A stretch of DNA of 63,608 bases, the filler included, from Octopus bimaculoides (taxonomy: Eukaryota): NCBI RefSeq assembly GCF_001194135.2. It is 6 parts of 6 records of this genome, joined end to end, with 100 filler letters (N's around TTAATTAATTAA, not from the genome) between each part and the next. Parts side by side here need not be neighbours in the genome. Positions count along the whole stretch, not along the records: positions 61,134 to 63,608 come from NW_026425146.1; 5 more parts are not named here. The stretch is one strand, 5' to 3'. Positions within the stretch are counted from its first letter, which is position 1; every line of letters starts with the position of its first letter. The position numbers and the translations under genes are program-made. Below the pieces are notes generated by a model. That model was given only the letters and a program-made list of their open reading frames with translations. It was not told the origin of the DNA and made no database searches. Below, in pieces: positions 62,941 to 63,608 of this stretch.

Positions 62941-63055
62941 AAGAGAGAGAGAGCATTCTTTGTCTCACTCCTGCTTTTCTCTCTCTGTGTCTGTCTTTCT
63001 CACTCACTTATCGCTTTCTCCCTCTCTCTCTCTCTCTGTCTCTCTCCCTCTCTCT

Positions 63056-63086
<31 letters not shown>

Positions 63087-63370
63087 TACATCAAATTTTC
63101 TCTCTCCTCTCTCTCTCTCTCTCTTTCTACTTCACATTCTCTCTATCACTTTCTCTGTCTGTCAGTCATACACCTTGCGAACCTTTCACCCTCTAACTAA
63201 CATTCCTCACGGTCTACACTCTCCACCTATCTCCTCGCACGATAGATATACTCCTCGTTCTTTCTTTCACACTTTCACTCACTCTCCCTCTCTCTCACTT
63301 TCACTCCCTCTCCCTCTCCCATTCTCATAGCCTAGCCTATCCTCCTATCCTTCTATCCTTCTGTTTGTCA

Positions 63371-63425
<55 letters not shown>

Positions 63426-63590
63426 CTCAAAATCCCTCCTTTCACTCATCTTCTCTCTCACCTTGCCTCACACTCTTTCTTTCACTCACCTGCTCATGGC
63501 ATGACACCTCTTCTTCTCTCTCTTCCCCTTTCTCTCCCTTTTTCATTAAACCCTTTTCCTATCCATCTTTTCCTTTCTCTCACAAACGCT
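62870..63590. repeat. (GA)n then (CT)-rich purine/pyrimidine field
   Basis: Directly visible. Confidence 0.9.
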
Positions 63591-63608
63591 GTGTCCTCTG
63601 TCGAGAAT

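Noticed and set aside
307-63196. The many His/Thr, Cys/Val, Tyr/Ile, Ser/Leu and X-filled ORFs in the supplied track
   Set aside because: They are translations of dinucleotide and tetranucleotide microsatellites or N runs, which lack stops in some frames; no domain content

Overview
AT-rich animal genomic DNA saturated with microsatellites and gaps, most consistent with an octopod cephalopod (Octopus-like) short-read draft. This is inferred from the repeat families and two gene fragments, not from a search. The window is not contiguous: five artificial 100-bp spacers (44 N + TTAATTAATTAA + 44 N) join six separate pieces. Almost every ORF in the supplied track is a microsatellite or N artefact. 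Host coding sequence I can support is two internal exons: an ankyrin-repeat exon (58571-58780, +) and an exon resembling the GAIN region of adhesion GPCRs (59786-60017, -). The rest is transposable-element derived. It includes several SINE families (working labels A, C, D, E are mine), three R4/Dong-type LINE remnants, one RTE LINE remnant, a Chapaev-3-like transposase remnant, a hAT MITE with its target-site duplication, and three foldback/MITE structures. I found no CRISPR array, rRNA, true tRNA or prokaryotic system, and I cannot support a new multi-gene system here. The best leads are a SINE that carries an internal microsatellite, SINE module shuffling, tandem amplification of SINE plus flank, SINE-derived hairpins (possible ADAR substrates) and the orphan exons. 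SINE and LINE boundaries are approximate (about 10-30 bp).
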